A stretch of 64,000 bases of DNA from assembly GCA_965112735.1 (NCBI GenBank), contig OZ218956.1, positions 930,001 through 994,000 of the forward strand. Direction: 5' to 3'. Source of the DNA: Phaeosaccion multiseriatum. Lineage: Eukaryota > Protista > Ochrophyta, other classes. The notes below the pieces were generated by a model. That model made no database searches. It saw only the letters and a program-made list of their open reading frames with translations, and had not been told where the DNA came from. This document shows positions 49,797 through 63,700 of the stretch, piece by piece. A program made the position numbers and the translations under genes. Each line of letters begins with the position of its first letter. Within the stretch, counting starts at the first letter, position 1.

Positions 49797-52700
49797 TCAC
49801 CCCTCTGTGTATAGCACCACACCCTCGTTCCACATCTTCTTGACTCCAGTGTTGAGTCGCCTCAGCTGCCGGTCCGCGATGCTGGACAGGCTTTCCCCTT
49901 CGGCATCCCACTGGAGGAAGGGTAGATCTGGGCCCGCCTGTTCCGTCGGGGGCAGTGGCCTGTAGTCATAGTAGCGCAGCGCGTGGCATCGCTCCAGCAA
50001 GAGTGGTATAGAGATGGGTGGGTAAGACTGGAGAAGCTGAAGGTCAACGGCAAAGTCGCCCGCCAGGAGGTGCTCCCTCTGGGCCAGCAGCATGGACACA
50101 CAGAGGTACAGCAGCAGCTGCACAGGTTGCGTGTCAGCGAGGAGCTGGTCCCACAGCACGACGGTGTCTTGTACCGAAAACTCTCGGCTCAGCAAGCAGC
50201 TCAGCCACCGCAGCGCGTAGAAGGAGGGCACCACACCGAGGTGCTGGAGGTGGGCAGACAGCTGCGGGTCGTGCTTGTGCAGCAGGGAGGACAGGTCCTG
50301 CAGCTTGCCGTGCAGGCCCGTGTCTGTGTGGTCCATGGACTGCACGTACACGTCGCGTAGCTCCGCCAGCAGCGTGGTGAACGCGAAGAACGCTGTGGAG
50401 TTGGGGGGGGTGTATTAAGAAGTACTTTGAGTGAGGCCGAGTGTGGAACAGCGTTAAGGTTGTAAAAAGCGAATGTGGAGCTTCTCCTTCAGACCTCCGC
50501 CGGTGTGTCGCCTTTGGCCTCATCAGTTCCTTCCCGTTGCCCCTGTTTTCCTGCTAGTAAAAAGTAGTGCTACGCACTCACCGTCCGCCTCAGCAAACTC
50601 TCTCCATTCCGCGTCCTCGTCCTCCGCGAAAACACTAAAAAGAATAGCAACAATCTCGTTCATGCCCTGCACGTAACGAACTCCGGGATTGAGCTTCGCG
50701 TATCTGACAGATTGGGAGAGAGGGAGAGAGCGACAGGCAGAGAAGCTTTCGTTCAGACCCAGTGGCAGTCAGTAGTACGAACAGACCGCCAAGGACTTAC
50801 ATGAACAGGATCCTCGCCAACGCTTGGTGTGCCTTCCCTCCAGCCTTCCAGGGCCCCTCCTTCGCTCCCTCTTCGTCTTCCTCCCGCCTCCGTACCCCCC
50901 TTCCCTGCTGATCCTCCGTTGCTCCAGAGGGGGTAGATCGAGCGAAAAGCCTGGCCATGGGCATCGTTCTCATGACATCCTTGGTTATCTCCTCGATCAA
51001 CTGGTCGTCCAAGTGGTTCGCTAGAGGCCTCTTCCGACCCGATCCTCTCTCTCCCTCCCCCCCCCCCTGCTGCTGCTGCTGCTGCTCCTGCCCCTGCTGC
51101 CGTTGACTGCCACGGTTGGAGAACCGCAGAGGCTGCTCTACATCCTTGGCCCAGGACTGGTACAGCGCCCTCTGCTGCCGCAACCGATGCTCCCACCCCT
51201 GTAGCGGCTGCTGTGAGCCCGCTGACGAAGGTGGAACAGGCCCCGTCCTGGTCTCGGAAGAAAAGTCGAGCACCCCCAGCAGCAGCCTCCAGATCTGTGG
51301 CCGCAGCCCCCCCTTCTCGGGCACTCCCCACTTCTTGACGAAGGCCCTGACCTTGACGTGGTCTATCCTCTGACTGCCGAACCTGTTCCGCTTTCTGCTC
51401 CCCCCCCCTGCTCTGCCATTCGGTCGCTCCGTTGGAGCACCTCCTCCGCTTCCATCTAATTCTTCTCCCCCTGCTCCTCCTTCTCCTGCTCTCCCTGCTG
51501 GCATTTCTCCTCCTTCCCGTCCTTCCCCGAGCGACAGTGGCTCGTTCTCTGGCACCAAGGTGCCTTCTTCCCGTGGCCCCATGAAGAGCAGCTCTCTGAG
51601 CAGGTCCAACTTGTCCTGCTCTATCGCGGCGGCCGTTGCCGCGTTGGCTGGCGCGGGGCGGCGAAAGTAGAGCACTTTGCAGGGGAGGAGCCCCTCCGCA
51701 AAATCCTTATTCACCTGGCACAGAAGGACCGCAGAGAGGGACGATAGGAAGAGAGATGGACTATTGCGCCCCGCAGGTCGTGCCTACCATCGAGACAGGT
51801 CCAGGAGCTGCACCCGCTCACCCGCCGGCACTTTCAGGCATTCCCCTCACTCCTATACCTGTCTAATGCTAGCAATGCACGCGCTCCATGGCGCTCCGAA
51901 CAAAGAGTAATTATTGATCCCCAGGAAGACGTCGTTGACCATGACCTGAGAGCGATGGAGTAAAGGTTGTTGGGGTCAGTTGCAGAATGACCAAGAAGCC
52001 CTTGCAGCAAGCACGCTCTCGCCCCGAAGTCGTCCCCAGCCTTCCTCGCTCCAACTTCTCGAGCAGCTCACCTTACCACACCTCTCCACGGGTCCGATGC
52101 CAGAGTGATGCAAGGGATCAGGAACGGGGTCAAAGTTGTTGATGACGACGAAGCCCTGCTTGGCATCGTGTCGCAGCTTCACCGCCAAAGGCCCTGGCTC
52201 CTTAATCTTTACGACGATCACCTCTGCCATCAAGCCTGGGGCAGGCGAACGCATTTCGAACTCCATGTCCTCGTCTGAAAGCGCCTGAGTAGGCTGTTGC
52301 AAGGCAGCACGCTCTTCCCCCAAAGCCATCCTCAGCATTCCTCGCTCCAGCCTCTCGAACAGCTTCCCTTGTTCTTCACCCTTACCGCCTCCTTCTGCTG
52401 CGTCGCCATTTCTGCCGTTGCATTGCTGGCCTCTACTTCCAACAGCCTCCAAGGGCAGGGCAGTCATCCCCTCCCGATGACTAACCATGCGCTTCCCCTT
52501 CCTCGGCCCCTCGCCACCAGCACCTACGGGGGTCCTTGCAGGACTGAGTCTGTTGTATGGGCTGACTAGTGTGCTGCTCCTGGCCGTCAGCTGGCCGAAG
52601 ATATCGACTATCTAACTTCCAGCCCCATCCACACCAGAGTTCTCGGAGTGCTGCATGGAGGGGAGAGAGGCGAGAAGGAGAAGGGAGGGAAGAAATTCAA

Positions 52701-53063
52701 GGACAAATAAAGCGGGAGAGAGATTTCAGGAGTCAAGCACGTGCTAGGGGCTCAGGTAGACGGTGGGAAGAGAAAAAAAGAAAAAAGGGACAAAGAAAGC
52801 AGAGACCGTGGAGTCAAAGACGTGGGAGGGCCTGGGGCGGATGGTGCGAGGAGAAGATTGGTTCCTCTCCCCTCTAAACCTCCACAATAATCTTTGTGTT
52901 CCCTTGCTGGGGCCCAAATCCCGCCAACCAACCCTCGCGTTTCACCTCCCAACTCTCTCACACAGCTACCCACCGCTGAGTCGACTCAGGGTGGTCCAGA
53001 GGTCCTGACAGAGTTCAGGAGAGGAGGTTCAGGAGAGAAGGGCCGGTCGGAGGGGGGTGCCAT
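49797..53063 (-). CDS. TBC1D13-like Rab GTPase-activating protein with N-terminal PDZ-like domain; ends approximate
   Basis: GVPEKGGLRPQIWRLLLG, EITKDVMRT, RILFM|YAKLNPGVRYVQGMNEI, AEAD|AFFAF and FYALRWLSCLLSREF...LWD; PDZ-like GPLAVKL...GPVERCGKV|MVNDVFLGIN. Confidence 0.85.
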
Positions 53064-53113
53064 TGACTTATTCTTTCTTTCTCCACTCGTCCCTACTTCC
53101 TCTCCTCCTGTCG

Positions 53114-56100
53114 ATGACTGAGGAGGGACAGCCTGCCGCTGCGGCGGCGGCGGTGGCGATGACGGAGGGGAGTGGTGGGACTCCGAGTAAAGAGCTGAGC
53201 AAGGACCAGATGATGAAGTACATTCGAAAAGCAAGGAAGACCATAGCAAAGCTCGAGAGCGAGAAGGCACAGCTCCAAGGCGAGCTCCAAGAGAAGAGCA
53301 GTAGCAAAAGCGGGGATGCTGAAGATGGAACCCCTGCCGATGACGCTCTCACGGGTGAGTGTTGAGTCATGTTGAGTGATTTCGTAGGACGAAAAGAGCG
53401 CTGTGGGAGGAAGGCCACGAGGACGAGAGAGCAGAGGAGCAGCTGCAGTAATCGTGCCGTCAGTAACACCCCCAACCCCCTTGGTTCCTCCCCCAGCTGG
53501 TATAACGGCCTCTCTTCACGAAGAGCTGGAAACATGGAAAGCGCAATTCCAAGAGCAGCTCCAATTGTCAGTGGCGGCCGAGCAAGCGAGCAGGGAGTGG
53601 AGAGAGCGCTTTGAGCAAGCGCAGAGCCAAAGCAAGGGGCGAGAAGCGACGCAGGTAGAGAGAGAGTTGGTCAGTCTTCAAAAGGAACAAGAGATGGAGC
53701 AGCTGCGGCAACAGGGGCAGGATGAGCGCGCCAGTCTGCAGGCGATCATTGAAGGGATGGAGGAGGACGTGCAGCAGAGGCAGGCGGCCATGAAAGACTT
53801 GGTGCACCAGCTCGATGCGTTGCAGGAAGAAAAGGATAGTGCGCTCGCGATGCTGAAAGAGCAGCAGGAGCGTGCCAAAGTGGAGGAGGGAGAGGCTATC
53901 GAAAAGGCAGCGCAAGAGCAGGAAACCTTTCGGCGCATCGAGGGCCTGGAAAAGAGGTTGAGGGAGGCCGACGAGATGGCGGAGAGTCAGAGACAAGAAG
54001 CAGCTGATGCCAATCAGGTGTTTGAGGCTGAAGTGGCTTCTCTGAGGGCTCTGCAGGGAGCAGGGGGCGAGAAGGAGGCAGCGCTGGCCCAGCAGCTCGA
54101 AGCGGCGAGGTTGGAGAAGGAAGAGGTGGAAGCTCAGGCCAGTGCAGTGAAGGAGCAACTCCGTCAAGCTGAGCAGGCGCTGGAAACAGAGAGAAAGGCA
54201 GGTGGTGTGGCTACCGACAAGGCCGCGGCAGAAGCTGTGGAACGCGTAGAAGCAGCCGTACAGGAAACGAAACTTGAGGCTCAGAGAGAGACGGCGGTAG
54301 CACTTGAAGCAGCCGCCGCCCAGCACGCCCAAGGGGCCGAGAGCGGTAGAGCAGCGCAGGAGCAGGCCCTGGGCAGAATTGGCGAACTCGAGGCCCAGCT
54401 GACTGGGCTGAGTGAGACGGACAAAGAAAGGAAACAGCTGGAGGAAGAGGTGGGGAAGTTGAAGGAGGAGCGGGGCGAGCAAGAGAAGAAGATGCTGGTG
54501 CTTCTGGAGCAATTGGAGGAGGTAGAGGGCAAGCTGGCACAGCGCGATGAGATGCATGGAAACGCAGACGGCCAGAGAAACGGGGATATCCATCAGCAGG
54601 CTACCGTTTACCTTGACCCGGAGAATGATAGTAGCACCCTCGATAAGTCGGTGGTCTCGCATTTGCACTCGACGCTCGAAGAAGCCATCGCCGCCGCGGA
54701 CTCCAAAGCGAGGTCATTGGCACAGGACGTTGAGGAGCTCTTGCGCAATCCTGACATGGGGCCAAGCACGTGCACGCAGAGTGCCGCTGGAGACGAGGGA
54801 CGGGAAGTCGACGACGGAGGGGGCCAGGAAGGAGGGGTGGAGGGCACTATGAGTGGGGAGAGCACCGACCAAGACGAAGGAGGGTCGGGAGAGGTACGTT
54901 TGAGGGGAGATGTGGAGCGCGAGAGGCTGGCTTCGTTGCGGTCAAGTTTGGCGTTGGCCCAATCCAGAGTCGCAGAGCTGGAGGATGTGGAAGGTGGAGA
55001 GGAGATGGGTAGGCAGGCAGGGGCGCTGGAGGAGAAGCTCAATGATGTGCAGCGCCTCTATTCGGATAGTCAGGCCGAGCTCGAGCGGGTCAGGGCAGAG
55101 GCGGAGGAGAGCAGAGCGAAGGCAGTGGGGGAGGAGGAGCGACAACTCGCCCGACTTGCTCAGCTGGAGCAAGATTTGGCAGCAGCAGAAGTAGCGACTG
55201 AGGAATTTGATGCCCAAGTGGTAGCGCTGAAGGCCGAGGCGGAGACAGCAGCGGGCGCAGCCAAGGCAGCTGAGACCGCAGTTGAGGCTATCGAGTGCAG
55301 GCTCGAGGAAGCTCAGACGCATGTGGCTTCGCTGGAGGCAGAGAGGGCCACGAACGTGGAGAAGGCCCAACAAGTCCAGGAGGAGCTACGAGAAGAGTTG
55401 GCGGATTTGAGACGCGAGAAAGAGCAAGCAGGGGATGCCACGGAAGCGGCCGACAATGCCTTGGCTCTCGAGCTCGAGGGGTGCAAGGCAAAGCTTGCTG
55501 AGATGCAAAACGAGTACGAGGCGCGCAACGAGCGGGAAAGGGCTCACAATATGGGGCAGCAAGAGCAAGAACAGAGGCTAGCAGAGCTACAGCAGGAGAA
55601 GGGAGAGGCCATAGAGGCAGCAGCGCTGCTGCAGGAGCGGCTGGACCAATACCAGGCCCAGATTCGGGCAGCGGAAGCAGAAAGAGACGGCTGCGAGCAG
55701 AGTGCGGCGTCTGCGCAGGCGACGCACGACAGCCTCCGAGAGGAGCTCGCGGCTGCGCGGCAAGAGGCGGCGCAGGCGGCGGAGGCTGCGGCGGAGGAAG
55801 TCACCTCGCTGGAGAAGACGGTGGCGGACCTGCTCTCCCGCCTGGAGGACGAGAACTGCGCCAAGGAGGGCGTCGAGGCGGATCTGAGCAAGAAGGTGCG
55901 TACTGCCTGCAAGTGCCCTCCAAGGCAGAAAGCAGGTGTCCTGTCCTCCCCGCACCCCATCCTCCCCCCATCTCGAAGGCACCTCCCTTGCTCAAAGCGT
56001 ATTGCTCCGCTGCGTTGTTGTATCCTTCGTGTTTGTCCATGCCACGCAACCAAAAGGTGACCGCTCTCGAGTCGGAAAAGGCAGGGCAGGTGTCCACCAT

Positions 56101-59100
56101 GCGCAAACTCATGACAAAGATGAAGAAGGAGAGAGAGGAGCACGAGCAGTCCATGACTGAGAGAGACTCCATTGTAACGGCGCTGCAGCAGCAGGTTGAC
56201 ACCATGGAAGACAAGAACAAGGCCTTGAGCAAGGGGGAGGAGGAGAAGGAGCAGGCGCTCGCTCGGGGCAGGGAGGAGCTGGCTGCGGAGAAGGAGCGGC
56301 AGGAGAATGAGGTTGCGGCGGCTCGGGGAAAGGAAAAGGAGATGCAAGAGAAGGTGCAGGCATTGGAGCTGCAGGTTGTCGCTGCGAATGGGGAGAAGGA
56401 CAGCAATCGAGACAAGCTCAAGTCCTCGGTTGCGCAGCTCAAGACTATGCAAGATCGCTGCAGGGAGCTGGATGAGCTGTACAGCAGCAGCAAGGCGGAG
56501 CTAGCACGCCTCAAGACGGTGGAGGTGGGTGTACAGAACGTGCCACCAATTGTAATGAGGGGGCAGAATGGTGACCTCGCGGGGGGGGTCAAAAGGCACG
56601 AGAGCCTGCTTCCAAAGAACAAAAGTTTACCGACTTACACACACTTCCTCAACTGTCACCATGCACATTCCCCCCTCGTCTGCTCAATCTGCTCAAAGAC
56701 GGAGTTAAAGGAGCTACAGGCCAGGAGCAAGGAGGAGCAACAGGCAGCCGCGTCGCTGGACTCAGCTCGCGTGGGGCTGGAGGAGAAGGTGAAGCGTCTG
56801 TCGGGCCTCCTGAAGAAGTTGCAGCACCAATCGAAGGTCAAGGATGCCGAATTGTCCAGGCTGCTCGCCGGGCCTGCCCCACCCAAGGTGCTGGGGGTGA
56901 GCTTGAGGGTCCGGGCGGGGGGCGACCGGGGGAGAACGGATGAGGGAAAGGAGGAGGAGGAGAAGGAGGAGGATGGGGACGGGGACGTCCAACACGAGCC
57001 CTCGTCAAGCGTCGTCTGGTGCCTTGTGCACGAAAGGGACGAGGGAGCAGCAGCGATGGGAGCTGCTGAGGCCAATGCTCAGGAGGGCGTGTGGGTGAAG
57101 CAGGAGGTTGTGAGATCTTGGCTGATGAAGGGCGAAACTACCCCGGAAGCTGGCGCTGAGAAGGTAGACGAAGGTGGCACGGGAAGCGAGGGCGAGGAGC
57201 AAGGGTGGCCAAGAGTACTGCAGGATGGGTTTGAGGCGGAGAAGGGAATGGCCAAGGCGAGGGAGGCAACGCTGCAGGAGAAGCTCGAGCAGCTGCAGAC
57301 GGACTACTCAAGGTACAAGGCCCGGGCACACAAAGCTCTCAAGCAGTTCACAGAGGCGGGGGCGGATGATAAGGCCAAGGACCGTCAGATCCTGGAGCTG
57401 GAGGAAAGGCTCGGTGCCGAGACGCAAGAGGCAGACAGGAAGAGGCAGGGCCTGGAGAGCGAGGTGCAGGACTTAACGGAGAGGCAGAGCAAGGCGCAGG
57501 AGGAGCTGGCGGAGGCAAGACAGGTCAGTGTCCGGGTCAGGCTGCTCGGCTGTGTGCTCCGGGCTCAGGCTTGGACGGTCCGCCTCCGAATCTCTCCGTA
57601 ACCACTCACACGATCGTCTTTCCATGCTGTTGCGACACCAAAATTCTGCAGGCGCTCAAGGCCGCGGAAGAGTATCGACTGCAGGTGAGTGGAGGGGGGG
57701 CGGCACACTGTTGTCGATGCACTGTCGAGGGGTCCACACGTCCCTTTTGGCGCGCTGCGGTCAACTCATCTGTCCAATCATCTATCGAACCTTTGCTTTA
57801 GGTCAAGGCACTGGAGGAGAAGCTTAAGGAGACGGAATCTCGCGCGACCTCCTTGCGGGAGGAGCTGACTGCAGATGGCGAGGAGATGGAAGGCCTCAGA
57901 AAGGCTAGAGAGGCCGCAGTGACGCAGGCCAAGGAGCTCAGGGTGCAAGTAGAAGAGCACAAGGCCATCTGCCAGCGACTTGAGGAGGATCTGAGGGCCA
58001 GCACAGCAGAGTTGGACCATTGGAAGGCGCTGGGCGGCGGAGGAGTCGGAGGAGGGGCGGGCAGCGAGGGTATCGAGAACAGGGCTAGTAGCCACAGCCA
58101 AGGCAATGCCGCTAGGGAACACGTGAGTGAGGTGGGTGGGTATGTTAGTCTCCTTCGCATAGGCCTGTGCCCCAAACGGGCTCTGCGAGCCACACGTTTT
58201 CCTCTCTTTCCCGACCACCCCTCCTCTCTCACCCGTAGTCCCTCACGGACTTGACCCCCATTTCTTCACTTATTGTGGCTGCAGAATCTGCCCTCAGAGG
58301 AGCGCGAGGGCGAGACAGCCCAGACAGAGCATGGCAACGGGGCAGACTCATCGACCACCCCTGCTCCTGGGCACTCCACGCTCAGTCGGCAGCAGTCCTC
58401 TGCATCAGTCAGTAGCACCGACGGCGGAGGAAGCGCAGCGCCACCTTTGCTGGCGTTGGCTCAGATGCAAAGTAGATACGTGGACGAGAAGGGCCGAGAC
58501 AGCGCGGCTCTGGCTGAGCTACAGCTGGAGGTGCAGGTGAGGGGCTGGGGGGCACTCCTTGGACACGGTTGCAGGATCCCACCAGTCTTGCGTGACTCCT
58601 TCCTGGACAACCAACCCATATGTTCTGACCTGACTCGTGCAACCGATACTTCAACAACTGTTTATCAGGAAATGGAGGTTCGCATGGGGCAGCTAACCGC
58701 GCAAGAAGCGGTTCTGAAGAGCACGATCCGTCAGCTGGAGCAGCAGCTGGAGAGGGAGAGAGAGCTCGGGAGCAGCCACACCGGCGCCGTGAACGTGGAG
58801 TACCTCCACCAGGTTGTGACTAGATACATCGCGGCCAGGGACGTCTCAGAAAAGGTAGAAAGGGGTGCGAAAAGTGGTGGTCTTCGTCTCGCTTCTTGCA
58901 TCTGCCTCACCGCCTAGCTCCTGTGTTCGTCTTGCGTCTGCTCAGAGGCAACTGTTGCCGGTACTGAGTCGCATCCTCCACCTCAAGAAGGAGGAGATTC
59001 GAGAGGTGGAGGCAAGACTCGTGGAGCTGGAAAGGAGCCGCGTGCGGCAGGCAGCAGGCGCGGTGGGGGGCGTGGTGGGCGGAGCAGCTGGAGCCGTGGG

Positions 59101-59182
59101 AGGGGTGGTGGGGTGGGGATGGCGAACAGTCAGAGGAGGAGGAGGAGGGGGGGAAGCAGAAGACGCTGAGACACCGACTTGA
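53114..59182 (+). CDS. GRIP-domain golgin (long coiled-coil protein), multi-exon
   Basis: Extended E/Q/A-rich coiled coil; C-terminal VNVEYLHQVVTRYI...|RQLLPVLSRILHLKKEE GRIP domain. Confidence 0.82.
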
Positions 59183-59229
59183 GACAACGGCATTTGGCGT
59201 CAGCATAACCTAATCTTACAACCAGTTTC

Positions 59230-60390
59230 TTATTCTTCTACGTCTCTGTCAGCCGCACCCTGCTTACTATGATATCCTAAGGAGGTGCTCGCTGATCCAC
59301 TAGCTGCTGTCCCCACGTTCCGCCCCCGGGCACCGGCTCTGCTGCCGGGCTTCCGCGCGGGTCTCCCCGCCGGCGGGACGGTGTACAACAGCGCCCTGGG
59401 CTTGTCCCTGAACTCAAAGTCGATGGGCAGCAGCCACGCTAATCGCGGTCCCGTCCCGAACACGTCCTGCCAGTCCACACGCTTGAAGACGCTGGGGTCC
59501 ATCCTCACTCTTTCCTTTCTCCTGCGCTGCATGCGGTCCACAGTGCCCACGCCGGTCACCACCCCATTGATCTGGCTGCTCATCATGCTCACCACAAACA
59601 TGGCCCCTGCAAAGGCCAGAACCAGGCACACCCGAATCATGTTGGCCTCTGCCCCGGTGTAGTCGTCGCACACATCGGCCTCCAGCTCGCATATCAAAAA
59701 GTGGTACAGGATCAGGGAGAGGCAGTACACGCACGCCGTGAGCGTGTACAGGAGAAAGAGGAAGAAGTGCTTGAGGTTTGTTGCGCCAATGCAGTTGTTC
59801 ATCCAGGGGCAGTGATGGTCCATCCGCACCACGCAGCGCCCACAGGTGCGGCAGTGGTGCGATCTGGGTGGCTTGTACGCGTCGCACCGCCCGCACATGT
59901 TGCCTGGGACGCTCCGTCCGCCATCGGGGTTAGGCAAGGGCTGCGCGTTCCTCGGCAGAGTGCCAGGGTCCGTGATCATGGTCTTGACATGCGCCCACAG
60001 CGCCAGAAAGCTTACCGCACAGTAGCAAATGGCATGCACGAAGTAGAAGGTGTGGACTACCAAACTTACGTAGCACACTACGAACGCCCCGTATAGAAGG
60101 CAGATCCACGTGATGATGGCCATCGACAAGCCGACCTTACAGAGGGGAGAGAGCGAGAAGGGGTGGCATGAGATGCAGCATACCCTTCCCTCAGTGCCCA
60201 GTCCAGAATGAAGGAGGGAATGGACGAAAAGCTGCTCAACAGGAAGGGCAACACACAGGATGGGCCTCACTTTGTCATTGGTATTGCACCAGATCTTGGC
60301 CTCCTCGGTCGTGCCCACAATCGGTTCAGTTCCATACATGGTCATACCATCTACCACCTGACGGGATGAAGTCAGGCCCGTTGACTCCAT
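59230..60390 (-). CDS. DHHC palmitoyltransferase (ZDHHC3/7-like)
   Basis: TDPG and CGRCDAYKPPRSHHCRTCGRCVVRMDHHCPWMNNCIG...NLKHFFLF; 4 TM; probable in-frame intron at ~60138-60268. Confidence 0.95.
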   Translation of the reverse strand: MESTGLTSSRQVVDGMTMYGTEPIVGTTEEAKIWCNTNDKVRPILCVALPVEQLFVHSLLHSGLGTEGRVCCISCHPFSLSPLCKVGLSMAIITWICLLYGAFVVCYVSLVVHTFYFVHAICYCAVSFLALWAHVKTMITDPGTLPRNAQPLPNPDGGRSVPGNMCGRCDAYKPPRSHHCRTCGRCVVRMDHHCPWMNNCIGATNLKHFFLFLLYTLTACVYCLSLILYHFLICELEADVCDDYTGAEANMIRVCLVLAFAGAMFVVSMMSSQINGVVTGVGTVDRMQRRRKERVRMDPSVFKRVDWQDVFGTGPRLAWLLPIDFEFRDKPRALLYTVPPAGRPARKPGSRAGARGRNVGTAASGSASTSLGYHSKQGAADRDVEE

Positions 60391-60733
60391 CCCTCCCCAA
60401 GCCTGCGAGCCTGCCAGACTTTCCGTTACTTTTGCTATCGACGGCCTTTTCTCATCCTCAAGCGCCTATATGGTATCTCGATTGCACGAATAAAGCTCGC
60501 ACAGTAAGTGCGGTATCAGGTGTGGGTGGATGAGGTGGAGGCTAAGCGCTTTTCACGCGAAGATGAGGAAAAAAATAAAAAAAATGGGCAAGAGAAAACG
60601 GGACCGTCTGTTGCCATCTATCGTTGTTTGGGCCTCCCGGGCCTCCTCCCCAATTTTATCGTTGATTTTTTTCCTCCTTCTCCTCTGAGATCCATGTGAA
60701 CCTACCTATTGCTTGAGTGGCAGGGACCCCTTC

Positions 60734-63700
60734 ATGGCCGGTACTCGTGGAGAAAGGCCTCGTGCCAAGATGGCCGATGCCACGGAGGGAGCTCCACCGG
60801 AGCTTGCGTCCCCTAAGATTGGGCATGAGGAACACCTTGAAACATTGGTAAAGGAGCTACAGAGAGGGGTTCCTCGCGTCACCGCCCTGGTGGACCTCCA
60901 TATGCGCAGGGAGAGGGAGGAGCTGCAGGCCTTGCGAAGGGAGCAAGATGCGAGATTTCAAGCCGCTGTGCAAGAGGCGGTCAAGGAAAACCTCGCCCAG
61001 CAGCAGCAGCTGCTGGGAGGAGGGGGCGACGGGGGTAGGAGTGGCGGCGACGATAAAAGAGCAGCAGGAGACAAGGGCCTGAGAAAAGAGAACGAGCGCC
61101 TGAAGGCGCTGCTGGAGGATCAGCGGGATCAGATCGACGTACTTGTAGCAGAGGTGGCCGGTTTGAGGACGGAAAAAGAGCGCCATCAGAAGGACCAGCA
61201 GCAGGGGGGGGTATCTTCACGTCGCTCCAGCTCGTCTCCCCCGCCCACTGGTGGTGAGTCCTCTGGTCGGTCCTCTGGCGCGGCGTCCGAAGCGCTTATC
61301 CGGCAGCTGAGGCAAGCCAATCACGGCCTAGAGAGGTCTTTGAAGGAGGCGCGGAGGGCATTTGGCGAGCAGACAGCGCGCTTCCAGAGGATCGTTGCCG
61401 ATTTGCAGAACAATAGGGAGCACGGGGAAGAGCAGCTGCAGCAGCAACAGGAGGAGGACCGCAACGAGACCGAGCTTCAAGCCAGGCTCTGCGACTTGGA
61501 GGTGAGTGCAGTACTGCTGCAGTCTGGAGCGCAGACCAAGGCTGCCTCTGGCTCGTCTCTCTATTGCGCGTGTCACTGTGGTAGTGGAAGGAGTGCCAAC
61601 GGGACCCCCCCATTCGATGCCGTTTGTCATCCTGTTCGGACCCTTCCACTTTCTCAGATCCACTCCAGTGAGCAGGCTTCGCTCTTATCGGAGAGAGATG
61701 CCGAGCTGATACAGGTGAGCTTCCAAGCACCCGTAGCGGCGGACAGCGACAGGAATGCTCCGCCTTGACCCTTCAGCACACCATCCTCAACTTCTGCCCC
61801 TCCCCCATGAACCCTGTGTGCTGCATGTGGCACCCCACAGACACAAGCGAGGCTGAGTGCCCAGACGGAGCGAGCTCGTGCGCTGGCCGCCCGGAACGAG
61901 GAGTTGCAGAGCAAGGTGCTGCGGCTGGAGCGACTGCACGAAACGGCCAAGGAGGTGGCGCTGCATAGCGAGGCGAGGCTTCAGGACACATGCGCGCAGC
62001 TGCAGGTACGCCATGGAGTGGCTCAGGCGAAGACCTGGCTGGATCTACGCGCCCTGATTCTTTAACACGCCTCGTCCAACGAACGTGTGTCTGAGAATAT
62101 TCGAGTGTTGGGTGTGGCTTTGTCTTGTTTCAAAGGCTCTCTGCGCTGCGATACCTTCTCAACGACCTTGTCACACCCCGTGGTGTCTTTCTGTTCCCTC
62201 TCACCGTTCACGCCACAGGCTCACGCACTTGTGGCACGCCGAGCGTTGGGAGAGAGCACTCCTCAGCGCGGAAGGGAGGGAGCAGAGCTGTCGACCGAGG
62301 TGGATCTAGGTGCCTATCTTGCTGCGCAGGCGTGGTGGCTCCACTTGGCGGGAGTCGAGAGGTGAACTGCCTGAGAGATTGGAGGAAATTGCTTTTTGCG
62401 TGGTGTGTGATGGTCCCCACGAAGCGCTATTGGGCGTATTGTGGTTTAACACTGATTGAACCCTTTCTACGCCGTCGTCAAGCCCCCCCCCCGCCTCCCC
62501 CCTTGTCTTGTCTTCCTGTCCTCATTTCTCGCACGTATCCTCCTCTGCTTCCCTGCCGTGCTGTGCTGTACTGGCGGTCCCTTCAAACAGAGACCGGGGG
62601 CAGCATGAGAGTAGCGGCAGAGTGGGGCAAGGGGTAGAACAGCAGGAACAGCGCGAGGAGAGACTTCGGCAGAAGTACCGAGAGCAGAGCGTGGAGGTAG
62701 CCAACCTCCGACAGGAGGTGCTGGCAAAGGATATTGAAGGGCGGAAGGACAGACAGGCGCTCACGCAGAGGCTCACAGCAGCCACCATGCGCATCGCTGC
62801 TCTTGAGCAAGTAAGAGTCAGCAGCTTGGAGACTGCGGAGGGGGGGCGGGTGGGTGCGTGGGGCGGGAGTGTGTGGCCTGTCTGCTGCTGCTGCTCATAC
62901 CTCCCTCTTGTCTGTCCGTCGCCCCTTTGATGTATCGCAGGCGCTATTCATGGCCAAGCAGAGCGGCAGCAGTCGGATCTCAGAGCTGGAGCGAACAGTT
63001 AAGTTCGACACCCATGAGTATCTGGGAGGTCCCCTTGCAGAGGAGGAAGGGTTTAACCTTTAGTCTCTCTCTGTTCGCAAGCACTGCTCGCCCTATGGGG
63101 GCACTTGTGTCTCTCGTCCTTGCGGCAGACCCACTCGGGAGTACTCGTTCCTGGAGCCTTCTCCCCTCCACCCAAGCCAGTCAAACCAGCGTGCGGTTAC
63201 TCCTCGCCATGCCGCCTGACGACTCTGCCCGTCCCTTCCGCCAGGTGAACACTCTGCGCGGTCGAGGGAATTTGGAGGATGCCTTGGCAGCAGCCAGGGA
63301 GGAGTTATCCAAGGAGAGGCTTTTGGTCATTAAGAGGGAGGGGGACATGAAAGTCGCACAGCAGCTGCTCCAGGAGGAGAAAATGCGATTCACAAAGGAG
63401 GTGAGTGAGGGTGCCTGCTGGTGTGGTTACAGCTCCCTCTCTCTCTTGCTCTGTTTGTCATCTCGAGTCGCTCGCCCCACCCCCCCCCTCCCTCGAAGGC
63501 ACCTGAGCCACTCCTTTCGCTTGGCCCTCCTCTCATCTCTTCTTCCACTGGCCCTCGCAGCTTCACCGAGCGGACCACTTGCAGGATATATTGGATCGAA
63601 GGACTGTGGCTTACTCTATCCGAATGGGACCCTCGGAGAGAGGAGGGCTGACGGCGGAGACGGAGGCCGGAGGGCAGGTGTCAGCGCTGCAGCTTATGGA

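Noticed and set aside
53568-56622. Long antisense ORFs
   Set aside because: Shadow frames of the GC-rich golgin coiled-coil exons
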